64,000 bases of DNA from an uncultured Solirubrobacterales bacterium (GCA_963731895.1 CAVSXO010000007.1:324-64323), one strand, 5' to 3'; positions 1 to 10,746 are shown, numbered from the stretch's first letter. The notes: generated by a model not told the origin, from the letters alone. Made by a program: numbers and translations.

Positions 1-206
1 GCCGGCGCGCTCGGAGACGGCGGCAGGCTCTGCATCGCCACCTGGCAGCCACGGCGAGCGAACGGTTGGCTGACCGTGCCGGGTTCAACCATGTCCGCAT
101 CCACGGCGGCGAGTATCCCGGTCTTGAAGGGCCTTCAGGGGGGCATCGGGTGGGCGCAGACCGAGGGCTTCGCCAACCCCGCCCCATTTCGGCCGGACAG
201 CTGACG

Positions 207-668
207 ATGGTGCGGGAGTCGCGGCCCGAGGACGTCGAACAGTGCGTCGGCGTCCTCGCGCGACTGCCCGACTACTTCACGCCGGACACGCATGACCAGG
301 TGCGGGCGGCCTGGCCGTCCGACCGTTCGTGGGTGGCCGTCGACCGCGGCGAGATCATCGGCTTCGTGCTCGTCCAGCGGCGCCACCCCTCGACCGCGGA
401 GATCACGTTCGCGGCGGTGGAGCGGACCCGGCACCGCTCGGGCGTGGGGACGATGCTCGTCGACACCGCGCTCGGCGCCCTGGACGGCGTCGTGCTGGTG
501 GAGGTCAAGACGCTCGACGCCTCGGCGGAGTACGAGCCGTACGAGGCGACGCGGGCCTTCTGGGAGCACTGCGGGTTTCGCCAGGTGGACTGCATCGACC
601 CGTTGCCCGGTTGGCAGCCCGGCAACCCGGCGGCGATCTACATCGCCGCGCTGGGGTCCACCCGGTAG
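207..668 (+). CDS. GNAT family N-acetyltransferase
   Basis: Lies within ORF 66..668, with an ATG at 207 (MVRESRPEDV...). It has a GNAT-type acetyl-CoA loop RHRSGVGTMLVD and the C-terminal AFWEHCGF. The frame is intact. The start is my choice; 66 is also possible. Confidence 0.7.
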   Translation: MVRESRPEDVEQCVGVLARLPDYFTPDTHDQVRAAWPSDRSWVAVDRGEIIGFVLVQRRHPSTAEITFAAVERTRHRSGVGTMLVDTALGALDGVVLVEVKTLDASAEYEPYEATRAFWEHCGFRQVDCIDPLPGWQPGNPAAIYIAALGSTR

Positions 669-708
669 CGGAGCAATCCCCTCGGCGGCCGCCGCCGTAC
701 TGACCGGC

Positions 709-1278
709 ATGCGAACGAACGCGGCATCCCGGATCCTGACGACCGTGGTGGCGATCCTCGCCACCGCGGCCTTGTTGGCTGCGTGTGGTGACTCGAACGA
801 CGAAGGTTCGGACTCCACCACCTCGACGACGGCCGCCGGCAGCTCGTCCGATTCGACCACGACCACGGCGGCCCCGGCCGCGGATCTGACCGTGGTGGTG
901 AAGACGGATCCGAACCTCGGCGCGATCCTGGCCGACCCCGACGGCAGGACGCTCTACACGTTGACCGACGACGCCGGTGATCCGGTCGAGTGCACCGGGC
1001 CGTGCCTCGCCGCTTGGCCCCCCCTCGAGCTCCCCGACGGCACGACCGAGCCGAGCGCCCCCGAAGGCGTCGCCCTGACGGTCGTCGACGGCCCCGACGG
1101 ATCGAAGCTCGTCGCCGCCGACGGCCTGCCGCTGTACACCTTCGCCGGCGACGGGTCGGAGGCCGACGCCAAGGGTGAGGGCCTCCAGAGCTTCGGGGGT
1201 ACCTGGCGCGTCGTGAAGACGAACGGCGGGGAGCCGACACCGCCGCCGGACAGCGACACCACCTCCACCACGTACTGA
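709..1278 (+). CDS. secreted lipoprotein with two Y-x-[FY]-x-x-D repeats (COG4315/PF03640-like)
   Basis: In-frame ATG at 709 inside ORF 292..1278. MRTNAASRILTTVVAILATAALLAAC gives a signal peptide plus lipobox. A Ser/Thr-rich linker follows, then repeats DGRTLYTLTDD and DGLPLYTFAGD. Confidence 0.65.
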   Translation: MRTNAASRILTTVVAILATAALLAACGDSNDEGSDSTTSTTAAGSSSDSTTTTAAPAADLTVVVKTDPNLGAILADPDGRTLYTLTDDAGDPVECTGPCLAAWPPLELPDGTTEPSAPEGVALTVVDGPDGSKLVAADGLPLYTFAGDGSEADAKGEGLQSFGGTWRVVKTNGGEPTPPPDSDTTSTTY

Positions 1279-1280
1279 CC

Positions 1281-1296
1281 CGGGGACGGGTCCCCG
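1281..1296 (+). terminator. candidate intrinsic terminator hairpin after the lipoprotein gene
   Basis: CGGGGA-cggg-TCCCCG (6-bp stem) begins 3 nt after the stop at 1278 and is followed by TTGT. It is short and weak. Confidence 0.3.
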
Positions 1297-1336
1297 TTGT
1301 GGCCGTCCCGCCGCGGCGGCGGGCCACGATGGGCGT

Positions 1337-2674
1337 GTGCCCGTACGCGCCCTCGGAGCCGCGGTGGCGCTCACGGCCCTGCTGACCGGCTGCACCCTCA
1401 CGGCCGAGCCCGCCGCGGGGCCGGCCCCCGGACCACGTCGCTCGACCTCCTCGACCTCCTCGGCCGCACCGACCACCGTCGTCCCGCCCACCCCGCCGGT
1501 CACCGAGCCGAGCTGCCCGCCGTGGGACGACGGCACCGTCGCCCCCGAGGCCGCGCCGATCACCCGCGTCCTGGCCGCCCACCTCCTCGATCCGCGGCTG
1601 GCCGGCAACCGCGTGAGCGTGTCGCTGTGGATCGACGGCCTGGGCGAGGTGCTGGTCCAGAACGGCGACGAACGGCTGGCGGTCGCGTCCAACCAGAAGC
1701 TCCTCACCGCCATGGGTGTGCTCGACGAGCTCGACCTCGACACGGCGCTCCACACCTGGGTGGTCCGCTCCGGCGACGACCTCGTGCTCGTCGCCGGAGG
1801 CGACCCCACCCTGACCTCGGAGGGACCGCACTCGCTCGCCGCGCTCGCGATGCTCGTCCGGGCGGCGGGCATCACCGAGGTGGGCGGCGATCTCGTGATC
1901 GACGAGTCCCGCTTCGATGCGGCCCGCACCGCGCCAGGCTGGCAGGACTGGCAGATGCCCGCCTACGTGGGCCCCCTGTCGGCCCTGACCGTCGACGACA
2001 ACCGCGGCCGCTCCGACGCCGCCTTCCTCGCCGAGCCGGCCCTCGGCCACGGCGAGACGTTCCGTGACCTCCTCGGTGCGGTCGGAGTGCGGGTCGTCGG
2101 GTCGGTGACCAGGGGGACCGCACCGCAGGGCGCGGTCCCGGTCGCCGGTCTCGACTCCCCGCCGCTGGGTGATCTGCTCGCCCGGATGCTGCTGAGCAGC
2201 GACAACGAGGTGGCCGAGTCGCTCACTCGCGAAGCCGGTGCGGAGCTTTCGGGCGAAGGCTCCACCCCGACCGGAACCGCCGTGCTCTCGGCCCGGCTGC
2301 GCGACGAATGTGCGCCGATCGCCGCCGACGGCTGGGCCGACGGGTCGGGACTGAGCCGCGCCGATCTGCGCTCCGCCCGAGAGCTCCGGCGGCTGGTCCA
2401 ATGGGCCCGCACCGAGCGGTGGTGGCCCGAGCTGGCCGCCCGACTCCCCGTGGCCGGCCGCTCGGGCACGTTGACCGGGCGCTTCCGAGGCACCGCCGCG
2501 GACGGGCGCGTGGTCGCCAAGACGGGAACGATCATCGGCGGATCGGCGCTGACCGGTGTGATCACGACCGCGAGTGGCCGGACGGCGGTGTTCTCCGTCA
2601 TCGTCAACGGCCCGGGTGCCCCCGCGGCCAGCCGTGCCCTCGACGACCTGATCGTCGCGCTTGCGGCCACCTGA
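1337..2674 (+). CDS. dacB: D-alanyl-D-alanine carboxypeptidase/endopeptidase (PBP4, peptidase S13)
   Basis: GTG start, signal/lipobox LTALLTGC. The penicillin-binding motifs occur in the expected order: SNQK (SxxK), SDN (SxN), KTGT (KTG). The ORF is an intact 445 aa. Confidence 0.85.
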   Translation: MPVRALGAAVALTALLTGCTLTAEPAAGPAPGPRRSTSSTSSAAPTTVVPPTPPVTEPSCPPWDDGTVAPEAAPITRVLAAHLLDPRLAGNRVSVSLWIDGLGEVLVQNGDERLAVASNQKLLTAMGVLDELDLDTALHTWVVRSGDDLVLVAGGDPTLTSEGPHSLAALAMLVRAAGITEVGGDLVIDESRFDAARTAPGWQDWQMPAYVGPLSALTVDDNRGRSDAAFLAEPALGHGETFRDLLGAVGVRVVGSVTRGTAPQGAVPVAGLDSPPLGDLLARMLLSSDNEVAESLTREAGAELSGEGSTPTGTAVLSARLRDECAPIAADGWADGSGLSRADLRSARELRRLVQWARTERWWPELAARLPVAGRSGTLTGRFRGTAADGRVVAKTGTIIGGSALTGVITTASGRTAVFSVIVNGPGAPAASRALDDLIVALAAT

Positions 2675-2699
2675 GCACCGAAACCTCTCGGGCGTGGGT

Positions 2700-3311
2700 C
2701 TATGGCTGGCGACCGGTGAAGGCGATGAGCTGGGTCTGCTCGTCGGCGTCGTCCGGCACCGCGACCCGCGGGCCGTAGTGGCCGCTCGCCCGCAGCATCT
2801 CGTCCATCGGCTCCATGCCCACGAACATGCGGTGGACCTCGTCGGCGTCGAGGGTCTCGTCGAGGCCGGTGGCCCGGGCGAGGTCCCAGGTGTGGACGAG
2901 GATGTCGCCGGTGCAGAACATGTCGACCGCGTCCTCGACGGTCGTGGGACCGGGTGGGGCGTCGAACGCCTTCGCCGCCACCGCCGGGTCGTCGAGCAGC
3001 TCCTGAAGCGACCGGTCGAGCGCCGCCCATGCACCGGCCGGGTCGGTGTCCACCGACGGCATCGGCCCGAGCTGGATCCCGGCGTAGGAGTCGAAGAAGC
3101 CGGGGACCCACTCGACGAGGTGGCGCACCACGTCCCGGGCCACCCATCCCTCACACGGCGCCGGCCGGTCCCACGCGTCGTCGGGCACGGCGTCGACTCG
3201 GGCGCCGAACTGGTCGGCGATCCTCCGGTACCGCTCGGCGTTCTCGCTCACGTCAGCCTCCATCGATTGCTCCTCCTGAGACGCCGCCACGGAACTCGAT
3301 TCATCGGTCAC
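2700..3311 (-). CDS. DinB-like / TIGR03086-type (mycothiol-dependent maleylpyruvate isomerase N-terminal domain) protein
   Basis: Intact 203-aa ORF. It has the pattern of the actinobacterial TIGR03086 family: ERYRRIADQFGARVDAVPDDAWDRPAPCEGWVARDVVRHLVEW ... DILVHTWDLARATG. Assignment is from memory of the family, not a search. Confidence 0.6.
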   Translation of the reverse strand: MTDESSSVAASQEEQSMEADVSENAERYRRIADQFGARVDAVPDDAWDRPAPCEGWVARDVVRHLVEWVPGFFDSYAGIQLGPMPSVDTDPAGAWAALDRSLQELLDDPAVAAKAFDAPPGPTTVEDAVDMFCTGDILVHTWDLARATGLDETLDADEVHRMFVGMEPMDEMLRASGHYGPRVAVPDDADEQTQLIAFTGRQP

Positions 3312-3891
3312 CGAGCAGTGTCCCGACGTCCCGAGCGAAGTGGTCGTCCCCCTGGAACCAGTATCCCGATCCTCCGGCGTCGCGCCACGCCTCGATCAGG
3401 TCGAGGCGGTTGTCGATCAACAGGGCCTCGGACCTGTCACCGGCGAAGCCGAGCCGACCGAGCGCGATGTCGCACAGGACGACCTTGTCGTCGGTTCCCT
3501 CCACGTGGGACGCCACGACGTGGTCGAACACCGCCGACAGGTCACAGGCCGGAGCGACGAGATCGGTGAAGAGGTCCGGGTTCACCGTGACCACGGCCTG
3601 CGGCCGGCGCCGCTCGGACGCGACGCCCCATGCCGCCGAGTGGAAGGTGAGCCGCCGGCAGCAGTCCTGGGCATGGGCCTCGACTGCCTCGTACGCCATC
3701 CCCGTCCGCCCCGCCAGCGCCGCGTACACGGTGTCCGAGTCGACCGCGCCCACGTTCCAGGCGTCGGCGAGGTCGTCCATGACCGACGTCCACGCGGCTT
3801 CCCAAGCCGGCACGCCGGCGGGGGCACGTCGCATCCAGCGCTCGTCGACGAGCGTGTCACCGAAGTCCCAGAGGAGCACGGCGTAGGTCAT
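3301..3891 (-). CDS. HAD-superfamily hydrolase-like protein
   Basis: ATG at 3891 inside ORF 3301..4410 (MTYAVLLWDFGDTLVDE, a motif I-like DFGDT). The C-terminal ALLIDNRLDLIEAW resembles HAD motif III/IV. It overlaps the start of the downstream gene by 11 nt. Confidence 0.5.
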   Translation of the reverse strand: MTYAVLLWDFGDTLVDERWMRRAPAGVPAWEAAWTSVMDDLADAWNVGAVDSDTVYAALAGRTGMAYEAVEAHAQDCCRRLTFHSAAWGVASERRRPQAVVTVNPDLFTDLVAPACDLSAVFDHVVASHVEGTDDKVVLCDIALGRLGFAGDRSEALLIDNRLDLIEAWRDAGGSGYWFQGDDHFARDVGTLLGDR

Positions 3892-3939
3892 GATCCGATC
3901 GTCGCGAACCAGATGGCTCCGGCGAGCGTCAGTACAGCC

Positions 3940-4497
3940 ATGACGTCCGAGGGAAGCCCCGCCGACCTGGCGGACCTGCTGGTCGCCGGGTACGGGCGGG
4001 CGTACCGCACCGCGTACCTCATCACCCGCAACCCCGCCGACGCGGAGGAGGCGGTGCAGGAGGCGTTCCTCCGGGTGTGGCGCTTCCGCAGCGCTCTGCC
4101 CGACGGCCAGGGCATCGAGCCCTGGATGTACCGGGTGCTCGTCAACACCTGCTACTCCCACCTCCGCAAGGAGATCCCGCGGCGGCAGCGCACCGCGGGG
4201 GACGCGGCCCTGCGCACCCAGGCCGCGCCCGACTCCACCGAGGCGGCGGCCACCGTGTCCTCCACCGCCGACGGGGTCCTCGACGCCCTCGCCGCCCTGC
4301 CCGAGCACCTGCGCATCCCCACCGTGCTGCGCTACTGGACCGGCCTGTCCGAGCGGGAGATCGCCACTGCGATCCGCCGGCGGCCGGGAACGGTGAAGTC
4401 CCGCCTGCACGAGGCCCGTCGCCGCCTGGCGAACGACCCCCGCATCGCCGCGCTCGCTCCCGTCGGGCGGTCCGCGGCCGAGGAGGAGGCCCGATGA
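3940..4497 (+). CDS. ECF-type RNA polymerase sigma-70 family factor
   Basis: In-frame ATG at 3940 (alternative 3913) inside ORF 3340..4497. Region 2 reads AYLITRNPADAEEAVQEAFLRVW...WMYRVLVNTCYSHLR. Region 4 reads LPEHLRIPTVLRYWTGLSEREIATAIRRRPGTVKSRLHEARRRL. Confidence 0.85.
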   Translation: MTSEGSPADLADLLVAGYGRAYRTAYLITRNPADAEEAVQEAFLRVWRFRSALPDGQGIEPWMYRVLVNTCYSHLRKEIPRRQRTAGDAALRTQAAPDSTEAAATVSSTADGVLDALAALPEHLRIPTVLRYWTGLSEREIATAIRRRPGTVKSRLHEARRRLANDPRIAALAPVGRSAAEEEAR

Positions 4498-5549
4498 TCG
4501 ACGAGGACGACCTGCGGCAGCTCATGAGAGAGGCGGCCGATGCCATCCCGCCGCCGGGGAGAGCTCCGGAGCAGCTGGCCGCCAAGCTCACCCGCCCGGT
4601 CGCCCCGCCGCGACCTGGCGTCGGTCGGGAACGGGCCACCGCGGTCCTCAAGGTCGCCGCCGCGGTGCTCGTGGTGGTCGGCCTCATCGCCGGGCTGGCC
4701 ACGCTCGGCGACGGCTCCAGAGACGACAGCACCAGCGGCGGTTCCCTCTCCCGCGGTGACTCCGACAGCGGCGAGGCCGCCGCGCCGCAGACCACGGTGG
4801 GGGGCCAGGAGGGCGACGAAGGCGGGAGCAGCAGCGGCGGCGCGATCCCCCGAGAGCCCGCGCCGCCGACCGACAACGCGAAGATCGTCAAGACCGGGTC
4901 GATCGAGATCCAGGTGCGCAAGGGCGGGTTCGACGCGGCGGTCGCCCGGATCTCCAGCGAGTCGGTGGGCCTGGGCGGCTACGTGGAGGAGTCCAGGACC
5001 AGCGAGTCGAGCGACCAACCGAGCGGCTCGCTCACCGTGCGGGTGCCGGTCGACAGCTACGAGGCCCTGCTGGCCAACCTGCGCAAGCTCGGCAAGGTCG
5101 GATCGGTCACCTCCAAGGGCACCGACGTGACCGCCCAGTACACCGATCTCGGCGCCCGCCTCGAGGCGCTCGTCAGCACCCGGAACCAGCTTTCGGCCGT
5201 GCTCGCCCAGGCGTCCACGGTCGGCGACATCCTGGCCGTCCAGGACCGGATCACCCAGGTGCAGACCCAGATCGAGCAGCTCCAGGGCCAGCAGCAGGTG
5301 CTCGCCGACCAGGCGTCCATGGCCACCATCGCCATCACCCTTGGCGAACCCGGGTCGGAGGCAACTGAGCCCGATCCCGACGAGGAGGGCCTCGGGCAGG
5401 CCTGGGAGACGGCCCGCCGGCGCTTCGGCGACGGGATCGAGGGCATCGTGGCCTGGTCCGGACCGCTCGCCATCCTCCTGCTCGTGGCGGCGATCCTGTT
5501 CGGCCTCGGCCGGCTCGGCTGGGTGCTCGTGCGTCGCTTCACGATGTGA
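4494..5549 (+). CDS. membrane protein with DUF4349-like extracytoplasmic domain (candidate anti-sigma partner)
   Basis: ATG at 4494 overlaps the sigma-factor stop (ATGA). It has a short cytoplasmic N-terminus, a TM helix (VLKVAAAVLVVVGLIAGLA) and a Gly/Ser-rich linker. A coiled-coil-rich domain follows (TAQYTDLGARLEALVSTRNQL...QIEQLQGQQQVL), then a C-terminal TM helix. Confidence 0.55.
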   Translation: MIDEDDLRQLMREAADAIPPPGRAPEQLAAKLTRPVAPPRPGVGRERATAVLKVAAAVLVVVGLIAGLATLGDGSRDDSTSGGSLSRGDSDSGEAAAPQTTVGGQEGDEGGSSSGGAIPREPAPPTDNAKIVKTGSIEIQVRKGGFDAAVARISSESVGLGGYVEESRTSESSDQPSGSLTVRVPVDSYEALLANLRKLGKVGSVTSKGTDVTAQYTDLGARLEALVSTRNQLSAVLAQASTVGDILAVQDRITQVQTQIEQLQGQQQVLADQASMATIAITLGEPGSEATEPDPDEEGLGQAWETARRRFGDGIEGIVAWSGPLAILLLVAAILFGLGRLGWVLVRRFTM

Positions 5550-5591
5550 ACCCGGAATAATCGGGCACTTCGTGCGGCTTACCGAGGCGCC

Positions 5592-7476
5592 ATGCCGCCT
5601 GGACCTCCCGCCTACCACATGCTCGGATCCGACCCCGCCGCCGTCGCGGGGGTGCAGGTGCGCGAGGACCTGCTCCGCCGGGTGTGGGGCTTCGCCCGGC
5701 CCTACCGGAAGCAGCTCGTGCTCTTCCTGCGGTGCTGATCGCCGAGGCCCTGCTGACCATCGCACCCGCCCTGCTGATCAAGCAGATCGTCGACGGCCTG
5801 CGCGGCGGCACTGACGAAGGCCGGCTGACCGTGCTCGCCCTCCTGATGGTGGCGGCGGCGGTCGCGGGCGCGGTGCTCTCGCTGGTCGAGCGCTGGCTCT
5901 CGGCCGGCATCGGCGAGGGGCTGATCTACGACCTGCGGACCGCGCTGTTCGACCACGTGCAGCGCATGCCGATCGCGTTCTTCACCCGCACGCAGACCGG
6001 CGCGCTCGTCAGCCGCATGAACAACGACGTGATCGGCGCCCAGCGGGCGGTCACCGGCACGCTCGGCTCGGTCGTCTCCAACGTCATCGTGCTCGCCACC
6101 ACCCTCGTCGCGATGCTGCTCCTCGAGTGGCGCCTCACGCTGCGTCGCCCTCGCTGCTGCTCCCGCTCTTCCTGCTCCCGGCCAAGCGGGTCGGCCGGCG
6201 CCTCCAGGCGATCACCCGCGAGTCGTTCGACCTCAACGCCGCGATGAACACCACGATGACCGAGCGCTTCAACGTCTCGGGCGCGCTGCTGGTGAAGCTG
6301 TTCGGCCGGCACGACGACGAGGCCGACGAGTTCTCGGCACGGGCCGGCCGGGTGCGCGACATCGGCGTCCGCACGGCGATGTACAGCCGCACGTTCTTCG
6401 TCGCTCTCGGCCCTCGTCGGCGCGGTCGGCACCGCGCCGATCTACCTGCTCGGCGGCCGGCTGGTCATCTCCGGCACCATCACCCTCGGCACGCTGGTCG
6501 CCCTGGGCGCCTTCGTCGTCCAGATCTACGCGCCGCTCACCGCGCTCACCAACGCCCGGGTCGACGTCATGACGGCGTTCGTCTCGTTCGACCGGGTGTT
6601 CGAGGTGCTCGACGCGCCCGAACCCGATCGAGGACCGCCCCGGCGCCGACCTGCTCGAGCGGCCGGCCGGGCGCATCGAGCTCGACGACGTGTGGTTCCG
6701 CTACCCGGCGGCCGTCCGAGGTCTCGATCGCGTCGCTCGAGGCCGACGTCGACGCGACCGCTCGGGAACGAGGCGTCAGCGCCGGTCCTGCGGGGCATCG
6801 ACCTGCGTCGTCGAGCCGGGCCAGACGGTCGCGCTGGTCGGACCGTCGGGCGCCGGCAAGACCACGCTCACCTACCTCGTCCCCCGGCTCTACGACCCGA
6901 CGCTGCGGCGCCGTGCGCATCGACGGCCACGACGTGCGCGACCTCACCCAGGACAGCCTGCCGCCAGGCCATCGGCGTGGTCAGCCAGGACCCGCACCTG
7001 TTCCACGACACGGTCGGCGCCAACCTGCGCTACGCCCGCCCCGACGCCACCGACGACGAGCTCGAGGCGGCGTGCCGGGCCGCCCGGATCCACGACGTGA
7101 TCGCCGCGCTGCCCGACGGCTACGACACCGATCGTCGGCGAGCGCGGGCTACCGGCTGTCGGGCGGCGAGAAGCAGCGGCTCGCCATCGCCCGGATGCTG
7201 CTGAAGGACCCGGCGATCGTCATCCTCGACGAGGCGACGAGCCACCTCGACTCCGAGAACGAGGCGCTCGTCCAGCAGGCGCTCGCCGACGCGCTGGCGG
7301 GCCGCACCTCGATCGTGATCGCCCACCGCCTCTCGACGATCGCCGACGCCGACCAGATCGTCGTGCTCGACGAGGGCCGGATCGTCGAGCGGGGCACGCC
7401 ACGACGAGCTGCTGGCGCGGCGGCGGCCTCTACGCCGAGCTCTACCAGCACGCTCGTGCGGGCCCAACCGGCCTGA
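5592..7476 (+). CDS. ABC exporter, fused permease/ATPase (MsbA/MdlB-like); frame broken at least a dozen times as written
   Basis: The conserved protein has to be followed through all three frames.
- MPPGPP...RKQLVLFL is in the frame of 5592.
- [20 protein letters not shown]...LLLEWRLTL is in ORF 5684..6247.
- [32 protein letters not shown] is in ORF 6127..7476.
- [18 protein letters not shown] is in ORF 6569..7204.
- Walker [13 protein letters not shown] is in ORF 6690..7100.
- [16 protein letters not shown], the signature [13 protein letters not shown] and Walker [14 protein letters not shown] complete the ATPase. Confidence 0.8.
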
Positions 7477-7484
7477 CGTCGAGC

Positions 7485-9250
7485 TCAGTCGAGGGAGGAA
7501 AGGCGGGATGTCGCGGCTGCAGGGTCCGCGACCAGCTCCGTGCGCCCTGAGCGCAGCCGCGTGGGCAGCGCCGCGTCCATGAGGTCCGGGCACCGGGCGG
7601 GCGCACCGGCTCGCGCCTCGGCGTCGCTGGCCCGGCCGAGCGCGATCACCTCGTCGAGCAGGCGCGCGAGCTCCGCGTCGAGCAGGGCCAGGTCGTCGGA
7701 CACGAGGGCCATGCCCGCCGGACACGCCGACCGCGCGGGCCCACGTGCGCGACCGCATCCGCGGCGCATCTGGGTCGGCCGGTGCCGCAGCATCAGGCAG
7801 TCGGGGTCGTTGAGCCAGAGGCGCCGGTGCATGAACGACCGGGCCAGCGTGTTGCGCCAGCCGTTCGACGGTCGCCGGCTCCGCGGTCTCGTAGCGGACC
7901 GGGCCGGTACTGGCCGTCCCGCAGGCGACCCAGTGCGGGGCGACGTCGGCGCCGATGCGCATGCCGTCGACCGACGCCGATGGTCGAGCCGAGCGGCGCG
8001 CCGCAGCCGAGCAGGAACGTGTCGTCGCCCGCGCCCCGCGCGGATGGCGTCGTACCCGGCCCGCACCCGCTGCGGCGGGCGTGCGGGTGGGGTCGTGGTA
8101 CACGCCGTCGGCGGCGGGCGCGAAGGTGAAGTCGAGCTTGAGGTAGCGTGAACCCGGCCTCGACCAGCGAGCGGGCGACGCGCCTCGAGGTGGGCGAGCA
8201 CCTCGGGGTTGGTCGTGTCGAGGCCACGTGAGCGTCGGCGCCGCCCCAGGCCGGGTTCCACCACGCCGATCGAGCCGCGTGTCCCGCTCGGTGCGTGCCG
8301 GGCGACCCAGTCGGGGTGCTCGCGGGCGACCGGCGAGTCGGGCCGCGGCGAGGAACGGGGCGATCCAGATGCCCGGCCGGCGCCCGGCAGCCGCGATGCG
8401 CGCCGCGATGGCGTCGAGGTCGGACGGGAAGCGCTCGTTGGTCGCGAGCCAGTCGCCGATCGTCGGCTGGTAGCCGTCGTCGAGCTGGAAGACCTCGAAC
8501 GGCCAGTCGTCGGCGCGGGCGAGGTTCGCGCCGCAGGTCGGCCTCGGTGACGCCGTCGAAGTAGTGGTACCAGCTGCACCAGCCGACCTGGAACGGCGCG
8601 CCGATGCGGGCGCCGTCGCGCCGCGCCGACCTCGCGCCGCCCAGCGCTCGAGCAGCGTGGCGGTGGTCGTCGCCTCGCTCGACGACCACGAACCCGTGGA
8701 GCTCGCGCTGCTCGCCCGGGCGCCGAGCACCGCGCCGCCGAGGAACGCCTCGACCTCGCACGACGGGCCCGTCGGCCGTCGGTCGCAGGCGGAACGTGCC
8801 GTCGTGGCGGTCGCCGCCGTCGAAGCCGACGAGCACGCGCGTCGGGCGCCGTCGTCGGCCAGCACGGTCACGAGCTCGGAGCGCAGCTCGCCGTCGGCGC
8901 GGCCGGCCGCTGGTCGGCGTGGTGGTCGGCGTGCACGAGCGCCGAGCACCGGGTCGAGCGTGCGACGGGTCGGCGTCGACGCCCAGCGTCGCCACGCCGG
9001 TGGGCGACCAGGACTGGTAGCCGTTGCGGAACATGCGCAGCGGACCCCGCACGCCGTCCACCATGAAGCGGACCCGCACCGAGCGCACCCGCACGGCGGT
9101 GTCGAGGCGGTTCGTCACTGACCACCGCCACCCCTCGCCCAGATCGACGGTCAGCGGCCCGAGGTCCGAGCGGCCCGGGCCCGAGGCTCGTGCCTCGATG
9201 CGACCGGCGCCGTCGATCTCGACCGCCACGCCCACCGGATCGAGCTGCAC
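7485..9250 (-). CDS. alpha-galactosidase-like glycoside hydrolase (GH36/melibiase-type); many frame breaks
   Basis: Three overlapping minus-strand ORFs (7793..9250, 7120..8949, 7485..8579) each carry conserved pieces. These are WCSWYHYFDGVTEADL, FEVFQLDDGYQPTIGDWLATNERFPS, GRRPGIWIAPFLAA, YLKLDFTFAP, FLLGCGAPLG and RRLWLNDPDCLMLR. Confidence 0.6.
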
Positions 9251-9299
9251 GGCGCCGGAGCGTAGGCCCCCGGCAGGTCGCCGCCTACGCTGCGCCGCG

Positions 9300-10535
9300 G
9301 TGGACGAGCGGACCTACGGCGTCGCCGAGCTGGGCAGCGTATCGCCGGGGCCGTCCACCAGATGTTCCCGGCCGGTGCTGGGTGACGGGCCAGATCCGCA
9401 ACCTCACCCGCAGCGCCGCCGGCCACGTCTACTTCGAGCTGGCCGAGCCGGCCCGCTCGGGGCGGCGCCCGACGCGGTCGTCCCGGTCACGCTCCTGGCC
9501 AGCGACCGGCCGACGGTCAACGCGGTGACGAGGCGGCCGGGGCCGGCCGCATGGACGACGGCATGGAGATCCGGATCGCCGGGCGACTCCCTGGTCGCGC
9601 CCCGCGGTCGGCTGCAGCTGCGGATGGTGACGATCGACCCCGCCTACACGCTCGGGCGGCTCGGCCGCCGACCGGGAGCGCGCTGCTGGCCGCCCTCGCC
9701 GCCGAGCGGCTGCTCGACCGCAACCGGTCGGCTGCCATGCCGGCCCTGCCCCTGCGCGTCGGCCTCGTCACGAGCGTGGGCAGCGCCGCCCACGCCGACT
9801 TCCTCCACGAGCTGGAGCGGTCGGCATCGGGTCACGGTCTCGAGGCCGACGCCCGCACGCAGGGCGTCGACGCCGGGCGAGTCCGTCGCCGCCGCGATCG
9901 GCCGCCTGGCCGGCCACGGCGTGGACGTGGTGGCGCTCGTGCGGGGCGGCGGCGCCCGCACCGACCTCGCGCCGTTCGACAGCGAGGTCATCGCCCGGGC
10001 CATCGCCCTCTGCCACGGTGCCGGTCGTCACCGGCATCGGCCACGAGGTCGACCGGAGCATCGCCGACGAGGTCGCCCACACCTCGTTCAAGACGCCGAC
10101 CGCCTGCGCCGCCGGACTGGTGCTGATCACGCGCGTCCGCCATCGATCGGGACCGAGGCGCTGTGGACCGCGATCGCCGCGGCGGCCGCCGCCCGGCTCG
10201 TCGCGGCCGAGGACCGGGTCGCGGAACGGCGCGGACCGCCTCGAGCGCTCGAGCGGGGGCGGGCTCGCCGCCGGTGAGCGCACGCTCGCTGGAGGCCGGC
10301 CGCCGCCTCGGCCGCGAGTCGACCCGTGCCCTCACGCTGGCCGACCAGCGGCTCGTCGGCGCCGAGGCGCGGCGCCGCTCCTTCGATCCGGCCCTCGCCC
10401 TCGCCCGCGGCTGGTCCATCACCCGTGACGAGAGCCGGCCGGGTGGTGCGCTCGATCGACGAGGTGGCACCCGGCGACCGGCTCGTCACCACGATCGCCG
10501 ACGGCGACATCAGGAGCACCGTGGACGATGGATGA
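9300..10535 (+). CDS. xseA: exodeoxyribonuclease VII large subunit; several frame breaks
   Basis: GTG at 9300 (VDERTYGVAELG). Conserved blocks are spread over three frames: WVTGQIRNLTRSAAGHVYFELAE, LPLRVGLVTSVGSAAHADFLHEL, VVALVRGGGARTDLAPFDSE and PVVTGIGHEVDRSIADEVAH. Confidence 0.75.
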
Positions 10536-10746
10536 CGCACCCGGCTACGCCGCGGCGATGGCCGAGCTCGAACGGATCCTCGTCGACCTCGAGCGGGCCG
10601 ACCTCGACGTCGACCAGCTCGGCACGAAGGTGGCCCGGGCCGCCGAGCTGATCCGGGCCTGCCGGGACCGGATCGGCATCGGCCCGGCTCGAGGTGGAGC
10701 GGATCGTCGCCGACCTCGACCCGGCCGACGAGTCAGCTCTACTTGA
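10528..10746 (+). CDS. xseB: exodeoxyribonuclease VII small subunit
   Basis: MDDAPGYAAAMAELERILVDLERADLDVDQLGTKVARAAELIRACRDRI. The start overlaps the xseA end. The last ~15 codons appear shifted (ARLEVERIVADLDPADE lies in another frame). Confidence 0.65.
   Translation: MDDAPGYAAAMAELERILVDLERADLDVDQLGTKVARAAELIRACRDRIGIGPARGGADRRRPRPGRRVSST

Noticed and set aside
505-3154. Very long minus-strand ORFs (638..3154, 838 aa; 505..1929, 474 aa) and similar ones throughout 1-25 kb (e.g. 15516..17351, 611 aa; 1963..3147).
   Set aside because: They are Arg/Pro/Gly/Ala-rich with no recognisable motifs. They lie antisense to well-supported genes (DacB, the lipoprotein, CcdA and others). They are the expected stop-codon-poor shadow frames of very GC-rich DNA.
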